A stretch of 64,000 nt of DNA from a virus (lineage: Duplodnaviria > Heunggongvirae > Uroviricota > Caudoviricetes): the IMG/VR virus record IMGVR_UViG_3300032327_001521; one strand, 5' to 3'. Below are positions 1 through 11,000 of this stretch, in pieces (the stretch's first letter is position 1; every line of letters begins with the position of its first letter). The notes beneath the pieces were generated by a model that ran no database searches, was not told where the DNA came from, and saw nothing but the letters and a program-made list of their open reading frames with translations. The position numbers and the translations under genes are program-made.

Positions 1-1313
1 GATGAGGTAGTTGTAGTTGTTGTACTCGTTGAGGTTGTAGTAGTTGTTTCAGATACACCCTTAATCAGATAGAACGGGCTAAATGCACTCGCATTTGCAT
101 AGATTGAGCGAGTTGCATAATCCGGAATATACAGGTCTCCCGGTAAATCACCTGCAAGGATAGTTTCATCTAGAAAAGATGTACCAACTTGATGAAATAT
201 TCTGACCTGGTCAAAATCAGCCTCACTAATCGTTGACGGTAGTGTAAATTTAACAATTGCGCCAGATGGATATGCACCGGCCCAGTCAGTAATCGTAAAT
301 GAGTATATTGAATTTTGCAGATAGTAACCAGGTGGAAGTTCATCCTCACCTCCAATATTATTGGTTGGATTTGGTGCTCGGCACACAGTTAGTGAACCAG
401 TATTTGCAGCCTCTGATATTATCTCAACTCCATACAAAAATTCTGAATCAGTTTCACCACTTAGAATAGTCTGGGTATTACATGCAAATCCACTTTGGGA
501 ACAGAATGGATCAACTGTAAAATAGTGTAATGTGAGCTGATCTGTGTCCTCTAAATCATAGCCGGCAATACTTGGATTCCAATAGAGTAGGCATTCAGAG
601 TCAGCCTCATTATGCGGAACCGCAACTACAGTTGATTCAACTACTCGGCCAATATATGCTGGTGCACTCTTTGTACCGTTACCAACTGGCATAAATTGGC
701 CATTAACAAACAGCATGAATGAGGTTGAGGCCATTGGCGCTGGCACAAGAAATAGTGTGCTAGATGCAACCGTATCGTCTGCTGAAACATTGTCTGCAGT
801 TGTTGTGAAAATAACCTCTTGCATGCACTGGGCAACACCACCGCCTCCACCGCCTGAGAGTAGAGTCCAGCCGGTTGAATTAAGCCACACATAAATGCCT
901 TCTGACCGGTCGCCCTGTGCCTGAATATAGATAATTTCACCGGGTATACCAGTTAAGGGCAGTGCACCAAACACTCTAATCCGTAATCGTAGCACCTCTG
1001 CAACATCCTCGGCTATAAAGTTTTTTGCTGTGACTGTACCGCTTGGTGACAGGTTAATTACGGTTGGATAATTGCCGGTTTGTAACTGTGCACCATATAC
1101 AGATAGGCCTTGTCGAATTGTGACCAGGTCTGCCGCAACTGTATTAATATCAACTGATACAGCGGCTCCGCCTTGTACATAGTTAATTGAGCCCAAAAAT
1201 TCCTTAATCGCCGATGTTATCGTTGAAAAATTAAAGTTTGAGAGCTCAACTACAGAGGTTGTACTTGAATTTGAGAGAGCTTTTACTGAGGTTAGTTTGA
1301 CTTGAACCGACAT
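1..1313 (-). CDS. Virion/surface-type protein, 3'-truncated at window edge (missing from the ORF track)
   Basis: Hand translation from ATG at 1313 (MSVQVKLTSVKALSNSS...) is open for 437 codons to the window edge. It ends ...RSIYANASAFSPFYLIKGVSETTTTTSTSTTTTTTS. It starts 8 nt after the amidoligase stop. Confidence 0.85.
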   Translation of the reverse strand, partial: MSVQVKLTSVKALSNSSTTSVVELSNFNFSTITSAIKEFLGSINYVQGGAAVSVDINTVAADLVTIRQGLSVYGAQLQTGNYPTVINLSPSGTVTAKNFIAEDVAEVLRLRIRVFGALPLTGIPGEIIYIQAQGDRSEGIYVWLNSTGWTLLSGGGGGGVAQCMQEVIFTTTADNVSADDTVASSTLFLVPAPMASTSFMLFVNGQFMPVGNGTKSAPAYIGRVVESTVVAVPHNEADSECLLYWNPSIAGYDLEDTDQLTLHYFTVDPFCSQSGFACNTQTILSGETDSEFLYGVEIISEAANTGSLTVCRAPNPTNNIGGEDELPPGYYLQNSIYSFTITDWAGAYPSGAIVKFTLPSTISEADFDQVRIFHQVGTSFLDETILAGDLPGDLYIPDYATRSIYANASAFSPFYLIKGVSETTTTTSTSTTTTTTS

Positions 1314-1320
1314 TTAGTTT

Positions 1321-2670
1321 CTACTTTTGTGATAATTGAGTAGCGGCTAGGCTCTCAATAAATTCTGTTTTCTTATCCACTTTGCTGCTCAAGGCAACTG
1401 TACCGGATCTGACAATGCACTCATTTAGGTCAGCATAGATTGGGTTATTCGGCTGACTGCGAATAAAGCTTAGTTCCATCCTATTGCGGCCATCTCTAAT
1501 AAATGAACAGTCTTTGACATATGAATACCGAATATCATTACCGGTTAGGAAATATGACTCCTGTACATTAGATGATCTCAAGTTACAGCCATAAAATTCG
1601 CAATTTGTAAATTCGCCAGTCACCGAGCAATTAATAAGGTCAATATCGCGGATTGAAAAACTCTCTTTTAAGGTTGCATCCTTTATTTGAAGCCGGTCTT
1701 TTGTTGTATCGTAATTAACAATTCCCTTTTTTAGATTGCCAGTTGTGATAAGCTCGTAAAGTTTCTCCTTCATGTTTAGGTAATTGGCCTCAACTATTCG
1801 TGGATCATCGCGTAGGTCAACAAATAGTCTGATATCCGGATAGGCTTTAACGAAATTCTCATACACCTTTGCTGATAGCAAGATTTGCCGATGACTCTCC
1901 ATGATATTTGAGATTTTGCTCTTTTCCTGAGCTGTGTAACCTCGATTGTCCTGTAAGGTTGAATAGAGACTCTCGGCAATATAGTTAATTAGATCAACTG
2001 ACTCATTCTTTTTCTTTTCATAACCTTCGCCACCTGCATATCTAACCTCAAGGTAATTATTTGATAGCTTTGTAAAATTTAGCCCAAAATATTTAGTATG
2101 AGGCAGGTTAAAGTCAAGTGGATTTGAATGACCTGCATAGTTAATACTGGTCTCAGAGATAAATTTGCTCTTTGGATAGATCCGGAGCACTGAATTCTTG
2201 TAGATTTTTTGAATTCTGGATTTTGCACTTGGCCATAGCTCAAAAATCTTGGCCTCGTCAAGCCCAAGCAGGTACTTAAACACATTTAGGTGCTGTAGCT
2301 TTTCATTAAGACCCAGGTCCATCTCATTGATTGAAATATTGATATGAATTCCAGTTCTTTCGCTGGTAAAACCGTTTTCGGCAATAAAATTATAGATCTT
2401 GAATAGTGTATGGATTGCCTCATTGTATGGCATAATACCCGTTACAAGTTCGTGCATTTTAAATCCACCTGAGAAATCTGGTTCAAGCTTAAATTCGCCA
2501 TTCTCCATTTTAATATCTGAATGGTATTGATTTGTCCAGTGAACCTTTTTACCAAGGGTCTTGGTCAAATTTTCTGACAGAGTTTTACGGTCAACTGGTG
2601 AAAAAAACTCAAACTCAAATCCAAGATTTACATTGTCAAATAGCTTTCGTTTGGTTAGATCCTTGTACAT
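1321..2670 (-). CDS. Putative amidoligase (COOH-NH2 ligase type 2) with C-terminal beta-helix/pentapeptide-like region
   Basis: Motifs LGFEFEF, KLEPDFS..MHELVT, RTGIHINIS and YLEVRYAGG match the GxExE / E / GxHxH / ExR pattern of the phage amidoligase family. ATG at 2670 preferred over the track's TTG at 2685, which overlaps a late promoter. Confidence 0.75.
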   Translation of the reverse strand: MYKDLTKRKLFDNVNLGFEFEFFSPVDRKTLSENLTKTLGKKVHWTNQYHSDIKMENGEFKLEPDFSGGFKMHELVTGIMPYNEAIHTLFKIYNFIAENGFTSERTGIHINISINEMDLGLNEKLQHLNVFKYLLGLDEAKIFELWPSAKSRIQKIYKNSVLRIYPKSKFISETSINYAGHSNPLDFNLPHTKYFGLNFTKLSNNYLEVRYAGGEGYEKKKNESVDLINYIAESLYSTLQDNRGYTAQEKSKISNIMESHRQILLSAKVYENFVKAYPDIRLFVDLRDDPRIVEANYLNMKEKLYELITTGNLKKGIVNYDTTKDRLQIKDATLKESFSIRDIDLINCSVTGEFTNCEFYGCNLRSSNVQESYFLTGNDIRYSYVKDCSFIRDGRNRMELSFIRSQPNNPIYADLNECIVRSGTVALSSKVDKKTEFIESLAATQLSQK

Positions 2671-2674
2671 GATA

Positions 2675-2683
2675 TTATTTATC
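2675..2683 (-). promoter_or_regulatory. Late promoter box upstream of the amidoligase
   Basis: GATAAATAA-TATC-ATG. Confidence 0.6.
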
Positions 2684-2688
2684 AAATT

Positions 2689-4761
2689 TTAACGGTTGAT
2701 TGCAATAAACGGCACATTAAGGCGCGGTCTAGCATTATCAATTATCTCAAGTATAGACTCATCACGAATAAACAATTGGCTCACAATAAATTCATGATCT
2801 TCACTCTGTATCATGGTATTAAAGAGTCGAATATTAGCGATTGAGTAATTTGCGCTTGGCAAGGCCCAAGAGGCAGTTGTATCAAACTCAAATTTACCAG
2901 GATTAACTGCTTGTGAATAGACCGGGATAATCTTATTGTAGTTCTTAACGTTTGCTGGGTCTTGACGTAGTGAATAGAGATTTACCTCAAGTTGGCCAAA
3001 CTGAGCAGAAAGTGGCACAATTATTGGATACCAAGTTGCATATTCGAGTGTACCAACCTGAAACTCATATTGGTTTGCATTTATAGTAACATAGATGGTT
3101 AGGCCAGGTACCCCTGAAACTTCCTGGATGCGACCCTTAATGATAAGACCCAACTGTTGATAGTCATCATACCCTCTAAAAAACGTCACATCCTGGTCTC
3201 CTCTATTAAAACTAACCAGTGCAGAAAATGTCATATTTGGGGTTTCAATAGTTGATGCAGCACGTTTATAGATGACACCATTTTCTGCCTGTTTAATCTC
3301 AACCTGAGCTGAGCCCAGTACTGTTTCAGCTATATTCCGACGCTCGGTTGGTTTAAGCGATAGAGTCTTATAGCCCTCAACCTGAACATAGAGGCCCTTT
3401 GCAGTATATGATTCTTTTGGGCCGTTCATTTTTATTCGGGCCTTTTCTGCGCTGCCTGCCACATTAATATCGCCAGTTACAATAGAGCCATTTCGCCAAG
3501 CCTTAAATATGTCACTATCCCGGTATGCATAGATCTCATACGGCTCGCTCGGTGAAAGTACCTGATCACTATCTGTGCCAAGAGCACTTAGCTCATACGT
3601 AACTATTTGTGGTGTAATACCGCTCATGTCATAGTAGTACTCAATAAGTGGTGCATAGTTAAATGTGATATCCTGTATTCGGCTCTTGATATCTGGATGC
3701 AGCGATTGCCTAACCTCATCTGATCGTTGTGAAATTGTTGTGTATTGTTGCTTGGCTAGGGCATCGGTCTTTTGTACATCGGCCTCTGCTCCAAATAGCT
3801 GATCAGTTGATACAATTAAGTTATCTAGGAATGTTCGATCTGCTGATTTCATTAGCATATCAATATTAGGATGAAATTTGGTGAGCTGAATCTTCCAATA
3901 GATCGGTTCCATCATAAATCCACGGTATAGGTAAGAGCCCTGAATTTCATACATGCGATTCACAAGTGGAAAAAAGAGATAGTCGCGTTTCCTGGGCTGG
4001 GAACCTGTACCAAACATCATTTGAAAATAGGTATGGTCAACATGAATTTCAAACGGTACCTCAAAGTCAACTCCAAATTCTGTAAAATTGGGCTTATTAT
4101 CTGGAAAGATATTATTTGGCACCATAACCTTAATACACTTTCTCTCAGTAGTCTTAAAGAGGGTCCATTCCTTAAAGATAAAGTCTCCGCCATCTCGATC
4201 TGGTTCAGTCTTAAAATAGATTACTTCATGGCCAAAAATCTTATTGGTCTGTAGACTAAGCTCATGCGCAACTCCAATTGCCGTGCCAACTTCATACGGC
4301 CTAAATGAAGATTCTCGCTCGGTAATTAGTACCGGGCACCGCTCATCTGAGCAATAGACCGAAGGCGTTGATAACTGGGCCTGGGCCTTTGTACTCTGCA
4401 CCCTAACTTTAACCTCATTCACCTTAAGTGGCTGGGTAATTGCAGAATAGGTAGAGTCATCGTATTCGTACTTGACCTCAAAGAAAGCAGCCTGCTCTTC
4501 AAAAAGTAAGCTGGTTAAGTTTGATAAATCGCTAGGCGTAAAGGAATACCATAGTGACCAATTAGCACGATCGTTTGAATATCTTAGCTTTCTAATAATA
4601 TTCGCTGGGTTAGCTGTGCCCAGGGTTAGGTCCTCGTCAAATCCTACAATTTTAACTGCCTGCTCAAGTGGCTCACCAGTTGAAAAAATTCGGTAGTTCT
4701 TAGAGAATGTTACAGAGTTTTTGGCTGGGTCCGGTATTATCTTATATGCAACAATTTGCAT
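2689..4761 (-). CDS. Neck/head-completion protein (T4 gp14-like core) with extra N-terminal beta domain and C-terminal LamG-like domain
   Basis: Central GHEVIYFKTE...FGVDFEVPFEIHV...PRKRDYLFFPLVNRMYEI resembles gp14-type neck proteins. C-terminus IANIRLFN is LamG-like. Late promoter upstream. Confidence 0.55.
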   Translation of the reverse strand: MQIVAYKIIPDPAKNSVTFSKNYRIFSTGEPLEQAVKIVGFDEDLTLGTANPANIIRKLRYSNDRANWSLWYSFTPSDLSNLTSLLFEEQAAFFEVKYEYDDSTYSAITQPLKVNEVKVRVQSTKAQAQLSTPSVYCSDERCPVLITERESSFRPYEVGTAIGVAHELSLQTNKIFGHEVIYFKTEPDRDGGDFIFKEWTLFKTTERKCIKVMVPNNIFPDNKPNFTEFGVDFEVPFEIHVDHTYFQMMFGTGSQPRKRDYLFFPLVNRMYEIQGSYLYRGFMMEPIYWKIQLTKFHPNIDMLMKSADRTFLDNLIVSTDQLFGAEADVQKTDALAKQQYTTISQRSDEVRQSLHPDIKSRIQDITFNYAPLIEYYYDMSGITPQIVTYELSALGTDSDQVLSPSEPYEIYAYRDSDIFKAWRNGSIVTGDINVAGSAEKARIKMNGPKESYTAKGLYVQVEGYKTLSLKPTERRNIAETVLGSAQVEIKQAENGVIYKRAASTIETPNMTFSALVSFNRGDQDVTFFRGYDDYQQLGLIIKGRIQEVSGVPGLTIYVTINANQYEFQVGTLEYATWYPIIVPLSAQFGQLEVNLYSLRQDPANVKNYNKIIPVYSQAVNPGKFEFDTTASWALPSANYSIANIRLFNTMIQSEDHEFIVSQLFIRDESILEIIDNARPRLNVPFIAINR

Positions 4762-4777
4762 TTTCCTGGTCTTTTTT

Positions 4778-4821
4778 CTATTTATCGTAGCTTACCGGGC
4801 TTTGTATTGAGAATAAATAAC
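4778..4821. promoter_or_regulatory. Back-to-back late promoter boxes
   Basis: GATAAATAG on minus (4778-4786, neck gene) and AATAAATAAC on plus (4812-4821, inverted gene). Confidence 0.6.
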
Positions 4822-4839
4822 AAGAAACAGGGGTACACA

Positions 4840-5643
4840 ATGAAACTGCTTAACCCCAAGCTTGTGCTAGACCCGGCATGGATATGCAAGGCCTACACTC
4901 TTGATCTTGAGTACTATCAATATCTTCTACTTGGTGCACAGCAAGTGTATCTAAGAAATTTGGAGCTAGGTAAGTTTGATAATTTCTACGAGATTGCATT
5001 TCACTATTTTAATCTAAACTCTGTTATATCAGAGGGCAAGCTATATGGACCTGGGCTAAAGGTAATTAGTGATGACTCTAACTTATCAATGATCTCTGCC
5101 CAGCTTGCAGACAAAGAGGACACACCAGGTAAAGCAATTGTAAAAGTAGCCTCGGGTATTCTATCCAAAACCATGAATCTCTATCTCACTCGGCAAATCT
5201 CAGGTCTGGAAAAGATTCATTTCTATTTCAACAATAACTGGATACACGAGCAGCCTAGGATATATTTTGTATTTAAGACCGTTGAACCAGATGAATATGA
5301 AGTAGTTAAGCTAAATCTAAGAAGTTCTAGAGGTTTGGGCTATTCAGTATCAGTTATGACCAGATTAACCATACCTGACCTAAAGGAGAGCCAATTTAAG
5401 GAACATCTACTTGCTCACAAACCCATACTAAAAGACTTTGACCCTGAGAAAAATGTAATGGTTATAGGTAACAGTGCTAATTTAGACCCAATAAATCGAA
5501 TCTGCTTGGCAAAGGACACGGTTTTACTAAATCGAATAGTTAACGGTCGCCATGGATTTGACGCAAATGTGCTCTTAGACTTTCACAGACTTCTTGAAAA
5601 ACAAAAAGGCTTGCCATTTAAGATTAAAGCGCAGAATAGTTAG
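4840..5643 (+). CDS. Hypothetical protein, inverted relative to the structural block
   Basis: Long ORF. ATG at 4840 (MKLLNPK) follows an AATAAATAAC box at 4812. The track's start at 4756 overlaps the neighbouring gene. Confidence 0.8.
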   Translation: MKLLNPKLVLDPAWICKAYTLDLEYYQYLLLGAQQVYLRNLELGKFDNFYEIAFHYFNLNSVISEGKLYGPGLKVISDDSNLSMISAQLADKEDTPGKAIVKVASGILSKTMNLYLTRQISGLEKIHFYFNNNWIHEQPRIYFVFKTVEPDEYEVVKLNLRSSRGLGYSVSVMTRLTIPDLKESQFKEHLLAHKPILKDFDPEKNVMVIGNSANLDPINRICLAKDTVLLNRIVNGRHGFDANVLLDFHRLLEKQKGLPFKIKAQNS

Positions 5644-5700
5644 ACCATTACTACTATGCATAAAAATAATTGACTGTAAATTAAGTCAATTAAATATAGT

Positions 5701-8097
5701 CTATTCAATAGGCGGTCCTGGTGCACCTAGTTCTAATCTGGATTGATGATCAGTCATATACGAACCTGAGATTAATACATAGATGCTTTTAGTTGAGCTA
5801 AACGGTCGTAAAAAGTCATAAATTGAAACCTTTGATTTAACTGGACTAATTGCTCCAGCTAAATCCTCGTATGGATTAATTAATGGATATCTTCTATTTC
5901 CCCAAAGCTCAATAGTTGGTATGTAATTTCCAGAGCTAGAAACATCATTCATAACTGCATAGATTGAGGCTGGGTCTAGGGCTGGCCATAGCCTACTGGA
6001 TGTGCCCGAGGTACCGGCTGTGCCAGCTGTACCGTTTGTACCTATTCCGCCCCAAGAATAAATAAATGGGTTTCCCCTAAGTGCCGGCTCGCCATTGACT
6101 GTACTACTTACATTAACATTAAATTTAAGTCCGCCGCCTATGTCTGTAACTGCAAGGCTAGGCCAATGATCAGGTAAACCGGTTATAACAACTGGATTAT
6201 ATTCAGTACCTAATCTAAGATTTACAAATGGATCAGTATTAGAGGTTGATAAGTTACCATAATCTAACAACTCAAGATCTCTTTTTGCATTACCTGGAAA
6301 AACTGCTAAAGAAAAAGTTCCTGGAATTCTTGCTTGCCATCTTTTTATTCTAAAACTAATATTAAAGTGAACCATTTTTCCAATTTTGATAAAGCGCCCA
6401 CGTTCATCTAAAATTTCCGGATTTCCTAGATTAGCTGGATTTGTATTTAGCACATTTGTGCCTGGGGTAGGCAGGTTCCCCCATGAAACGACTGGCGTAA
6501 ACTCCAATTCCATATACTCATCGAGCACATTTTTATCGGTACTACTGGCAGTTGGAAGAGCACTAGTTGATACTGGAAACGGTAAACCTGCAGCTAATCT
6601 ATTCTTTTTGGTCTTAATTGCATAGCCACTTGAGGTTGTCCAAGTGCTGCTGGTACCACCTGTGCTCCAACCAATATAGACGTTTTGATTATTCGCTGGC
6701 GAAATCAAATAGGCAGATTGACCGCTACCACCAGATGTTACAATAACGTTGGTTTGCAAACCAGTAGTTCCAATAGTCAATGTCTTATCGCTAAATAGGC
6801 TAGTAGAGGTAAGTGAAGAGGCTGACCCTGCTCCTGTTGTGTTCTTAATTTGTATTGGCAAATTGTTAAAAATAACACGATTAATTGAACCGGCTGCATC
6901 AGATGAGATTAGTGCATCTTTAGTTGAGCCAGAATTTGCTGGGTCAATACCGATTGCCAATTTAAAGGTATCTGACATTAGGTGAAGGCCATCAACTCCT
7001 ATACCAGTTAGTTTAGCAGTAGTATCAGATTCAATTCTTGAATTGCTTAGGGCTAGTGTAATATTTTTACCAGTATTTACGCCAGGCGAAATCTTTTTAT
7101 TAATACGCCATGTAAATCTAGAATTAATCGCAGGCGTAGAACTGCCGTCCGGCGATGATAGATTAAAATCTGCATTAACAACTAATCCTCCAGGTAGGGT
7201 ACTTGCAGCTGTTCGATATTTGCGAATTCTAAGATTTTGCCAAGTTGGGCTTATTACGTAATTTGCACTACCACTTCCGGAAACAAGACTTTCCAGAGCA
7301 TTATCGACTGAACCTAATTCAATTTGATGCCTGTATCCAATAGCAGCCCCATCAATTTCGTCAAACTGAAGCGGATCTATATCTGAGCTTGCAGTATTAT
7401 AAAAAGAATAGAGAGAAAGTAGTGCCGTGTATGGAAATGTGTCGCTAGTCGGAGTTAAGCCTTCTCGATCGGTATTAATATTTATACCATAACCATTTGA
7501 TCCAGGGGTTGAATTGGTGTAGGTCTTGGTTGTTCGTGGATCAAAGTTAAAAACTGTTACTTGCGAGTTTTGATAAGCAAATTCGTCGTCAACCCAATTA
7601 GGATCGTTTGTACTCCACTCTGAACCTGATGTGCCTGATCCGGTTTTTCGGTCTATGCCAGTTGAGCTATGAATTGGAATAAGCATTCCGGACTCTGCAC
7701 TTACTGTCTGTACACCAAGTTGCCAAGTTGAAGTACTAGCAGATGCAATTGTTGTAAATATGTCATTAAAGTCTGAGATTAGATTCCAATCTGAGACCGT
7801 ACTCTTTTTGTAAATACCAGTAGATGAAATAATATAGTCTCCAATAACTGCTTCGCTTGGATTAATTGGCGGTGCCACATTTTCCTCGCCAATGTCTGAG
7901 AATATTTGAGAACCTGGATCTCCAGGTACGCCAATTGGACCAATAGGCCCAATCGGTCCAATTTGACCAGCTGGACCAGTTTCGCCTCTCTCTCCAAAGC
8001 CTAGCGCAAGCAGCTGATTAAAATTAAAATTGAGCTTTGTCGAAAGGTCGCTTTGATTATCGACTGGGAATATTTCCTTTAGATTAATGTTTATCAT
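5701..8097 (-). CDS. Tail fibre-like protein with collagen Gly-X-Y repeat
   Basis: N-terminal anchor (LSTKLNFNFNQL) followed by GERGETGPAGQIGPIGPIGPIGVPGDPGS. G/T/S-rich body with a GTNGTAGTAGTSGTSS segment. Lies in the structural block. Confidence 0.6.
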   Translation of the reverse strand: MININLKEIFPVDNQSDLSTKLNFNFNQLLALGFGERGETGPAGQIGPIGPIGPIGVPGDPGSQIFSDIGEENVAPPINPSEAVIGDYIISSTGIYKKSTVSDWNLISDFNDIFTTIASASTSTWQLGVQTVSAESGMLIPIHSSTGIDRKTGSGTSGSEWSTNDPNWVDDEFAYQNSQVTVFNFDPRTTKTYTNSTPGSNGYGININTDREGLTPTSDTFPYTALLSLYSFYNTASSDIDPLQFDEIDGAAIGYRHQIELGSVDNALESLVSGSGSANYVISPTWQNLRIRKYRTAASTLPGGLVVNADFNLSSPDGSSTPAINSRFTWRINKKISPGVNTGKNITLALSNSRIESDTTAKLTGIGVDGLHLMSDTFKLAIGIDPANSGSTKDALISSDAAGSINRVIFNNLPIQIKNTTGAGSASSLTSTSLFSDKTLTIGTTGLQTNVIVTSGGSGQSAYLISPANNQNVYIGWSTGGTSSTWTTSSGYAIKTKKNRLAAGLPFPVSTSALPTASSTDKNVLDEYMELEFTPVVSWGNLPTPGTNVLNTNPANLGNPEILDERGRFIKIGKMVHFNISFRIKRWQARIPGTFSLAVFPGNAKRDLELLDYGNLSTSNTDPFVNLRLGTEYNPVVITGLPDHWPSLAVTDIGGGLKFNVNVSSTVNGEPALRGNPFIYSWGGIGTNGTAGTAGTSGTSSRLWPALDPASIYAVMNDVSSSGNYIPTIELWGNRRYPLINPYEDLAGAISPVKSKVSIYDFLRPFSSTKSIYVLISGSYMTDHQSRLELGAPGPPIE
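7910..7998 (-). repeat. Collagen-like Gly-X-Y coding repeat
   Basis: GER GET GPA GQI GPI GPI GPI GVP GDP GS. Confidence 0.85.
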
Positions 8098-11000
8098 TAA
8101 ATGTACTTAATTTTTAATTTTGGAACCAGGCTAACTCCTGTACTTGCAAGTTTGGGAACCGAACAGGTTAGAATTGTCGATTTAGGGTTATTTATTTGAA
8201 TTGTGTTTAACTGTGAGTATCCTTGCAGTTCAATCTCATTATATGTTAACTGAGTAAAGCTAGCCGAATTATCAAGAAGAGTATGATCAGGTCTAGCATA
8301 GCACTGTAGAGTATCTAGAGTATATAATTTGACAAGGTTTACTAAACAATAGTTTAACTTATATTCATCAAGGGTTTGGTTACCGAGTAGAGCAGCATCA
8401 AATTGTAAGGTACTGCCATTTTCAGCCTTAAAGAATCGATTGAATGATTCACCTAGCCCAGCACTAATTAACTTCTTAGCAATTAAGCGGTCTAAGTTTA
8501 TCTTGAGCTTTATGTCAGTTGCGTATATTGAATAGGCAAAGTCTATTCCTAAATTGGCAAATTCCTGATCAGTTACTTCAAATTCTTCATTTGTAATCTG
8601 TTGAAAGGCTGCTGGTTCAACCATGATCTCCAGTGGTAGATTTATGAGCTTTGACACAAAAGAATAGTCTTCAGTTATTCTATTCGAACCGGCTATTGCG
8701 GTTTTAGTAGATTTACCGAAATATTGGTAATGGTAACCGAAATCCCAACTGCTTGCTAAACTATTGAATGCCGTATAGTCAATTGGTGATTCGCCTATGA
8801 GTGGGTATCTTGCACTAAACTTTGGAGACTGTTCAAGATCAAGAATATTTTGATTTGAGTATTTTACATAAGAAAATTCAGGAATAACAAAAAAGTTTGC
8901 AACACCCGGATTAAGCCTAACGTTTGAACCGTCTAGTATAAACTCACCAAGTTGATTTCTATACTTAAAACCAGCAATTGATTTAAATAGTACTTCATAT
9001 TCGCCTGAATATCTGAACAGCTCATACTTTTGGGTTAACTGTTCAGTAGCGGTATATCCTCCAACTTGAGAGCGGTTACCTGCTTCAACAAACTCCTCAC
9101 TAATTGACACAATTTGACTCTTTTCAATTGTATCAGCCTCTTCGACATCAATTGAAATCGGTTGACCATCCGATTTTACTCCATCGGTATAGGTTTCCCA
9201 AGATAAGACAGCTGATCCATTTCTAATTGTTTTTAAAAAATTAGCAAATGATAAGTTTTCAAATAGGTTTAGGAAATAGTTCTTTCCGCTAAATAGCTGA
9301 AACTGCTGGTAACCATCTGTCCATAGGTCATTAGTAGTATATTTCACTGGATATGGGTTAGCTGATAGGTTGAGACTAAGGTTGGTAGCAGCTAACGATA
9401 GTCCCGGTTTAAGTACCTGTAGGCTATTAGCAGTTAGATCAGACCATTGATTTCCACTCTGGGTATTGCTGCTTTGATAATAGACCTTGGCCTTTATTAT
9501 AAAGGATGCCGGGATTACTTCCGTAATTTTTGCCATTAGATAATTACCGGTAGCACTACCGCTTACCGTATTTTCAATTCGAATAATATCGTTAACTTTA
9601 TACTTAGAGGATATAGTAGGCGTTGGAAGTATATTTTGAAACAAAATAGTTACGGTGTCGCCAATGTATGAATTAGTAAGATCAATTCTGTCTGCTAACA
9701 TATCGGCTGCTGAGTATGATACTGGCTCAAACGATACATATCTTATTCCTGGCAAACCTCTATTTCTATCAACATAGCTTGAGACAGTTACTGAATTTTC
9801 CGATACAGTGGTTATAGCATGGCCAGTTAAGAGTGGATCGGCTAGGCCAATAATTCTATCCGACGTAGTTGCAAAGTTTAAATCAACTCGTGTATCTAAC
9901 AAAATTGCAATTTCACCTGCCCGGTTAATCATCATAATTGGAGCAAAGGCTGGTCGCAAATCAGTTGCACCACTAGTTGGATTAATAAAAGAGTCTAGTC
10001 CATAAATAAAATCAGGTAGACCGCGTAATTTTTTAGCAATTAGAGAATAGCTTGAACCATTTGAGGTAGACCCAAGTGGACTAAAACTCACACCAGTTGC
10101 AAGCTTAACTGTTGAAAATGATGACTTTAGAGAGTTGTATTTTTTATCCTTTACTGAATACATAAATACATAGGTTAGATTACTAACCTGCTCTGAATTA
10201 AACTGAATACGATAGTCTCCACCAGTTGATAGCCAGTTTGCGTCAACTCGTTGAATTGGCACATCGCCATTTTCGTCTAGTAAAATTGGATAAATTTGAC
10301 TAAGGCCATCTGATATTAGTCTAACTGTTTTATATGCACGTGTATTTGATACTACACGTTTTGACCTAGAGATTCGGTATGGATAGGCACCACTAGCAAG
10401 GGATATTGTCCATGGGGATGTTAAAACCGATCCAACTCTATTGATAATACTAAATGATAATTCACCTGTCCCAGAGGTGTAAGCGGAAACCTTTCCATCA
10501 ATATAGGAGGTTGGCGAATTGTATATTTGAATTAGTTGACCTTTTACATAGCCTAGACCAGTCTGCGTTTGAATAGTAAGAACTGAGCCGATAGTTAAAA
10601 CCGATGGATTAATTGAATTGGTTGATGTTCCACTGGTAAGGTATTCACCTATACCAGATATGCAAAAATCACTGAGTGTATCATTATTTGCTAATTCAAA
10701 TAGACTACCGGATGGTGTGCTTATCAATAGTTGGGAACTAGTATCTGACCCTTTTTTGACTAAGATATTTTTAAAAGCTAACAAGTTAAATGGCGAAATA
10801 GTTTCGCCTGTAAATTGATTAACTGCTATTCCAGATAATTCTAATTGATCAATATTGGCTGTCTCATCGGCATATAATATATTAAATGCCTTATTACCTT
10901 CTGTGCTGTTATTAGTTGTATATACAACATCAACTGGTATAGTTATTAAGTCCTTATTAACTGAATAACCTGACGTAAATAAATTGGCTTGATCTAGTCT

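Noticed and set aside
70-100. ZU5/Nup98-type HFS autoproteolysis site in the first ORF
   Set aside because: The sequence is AFS, lacking the catalytic His.
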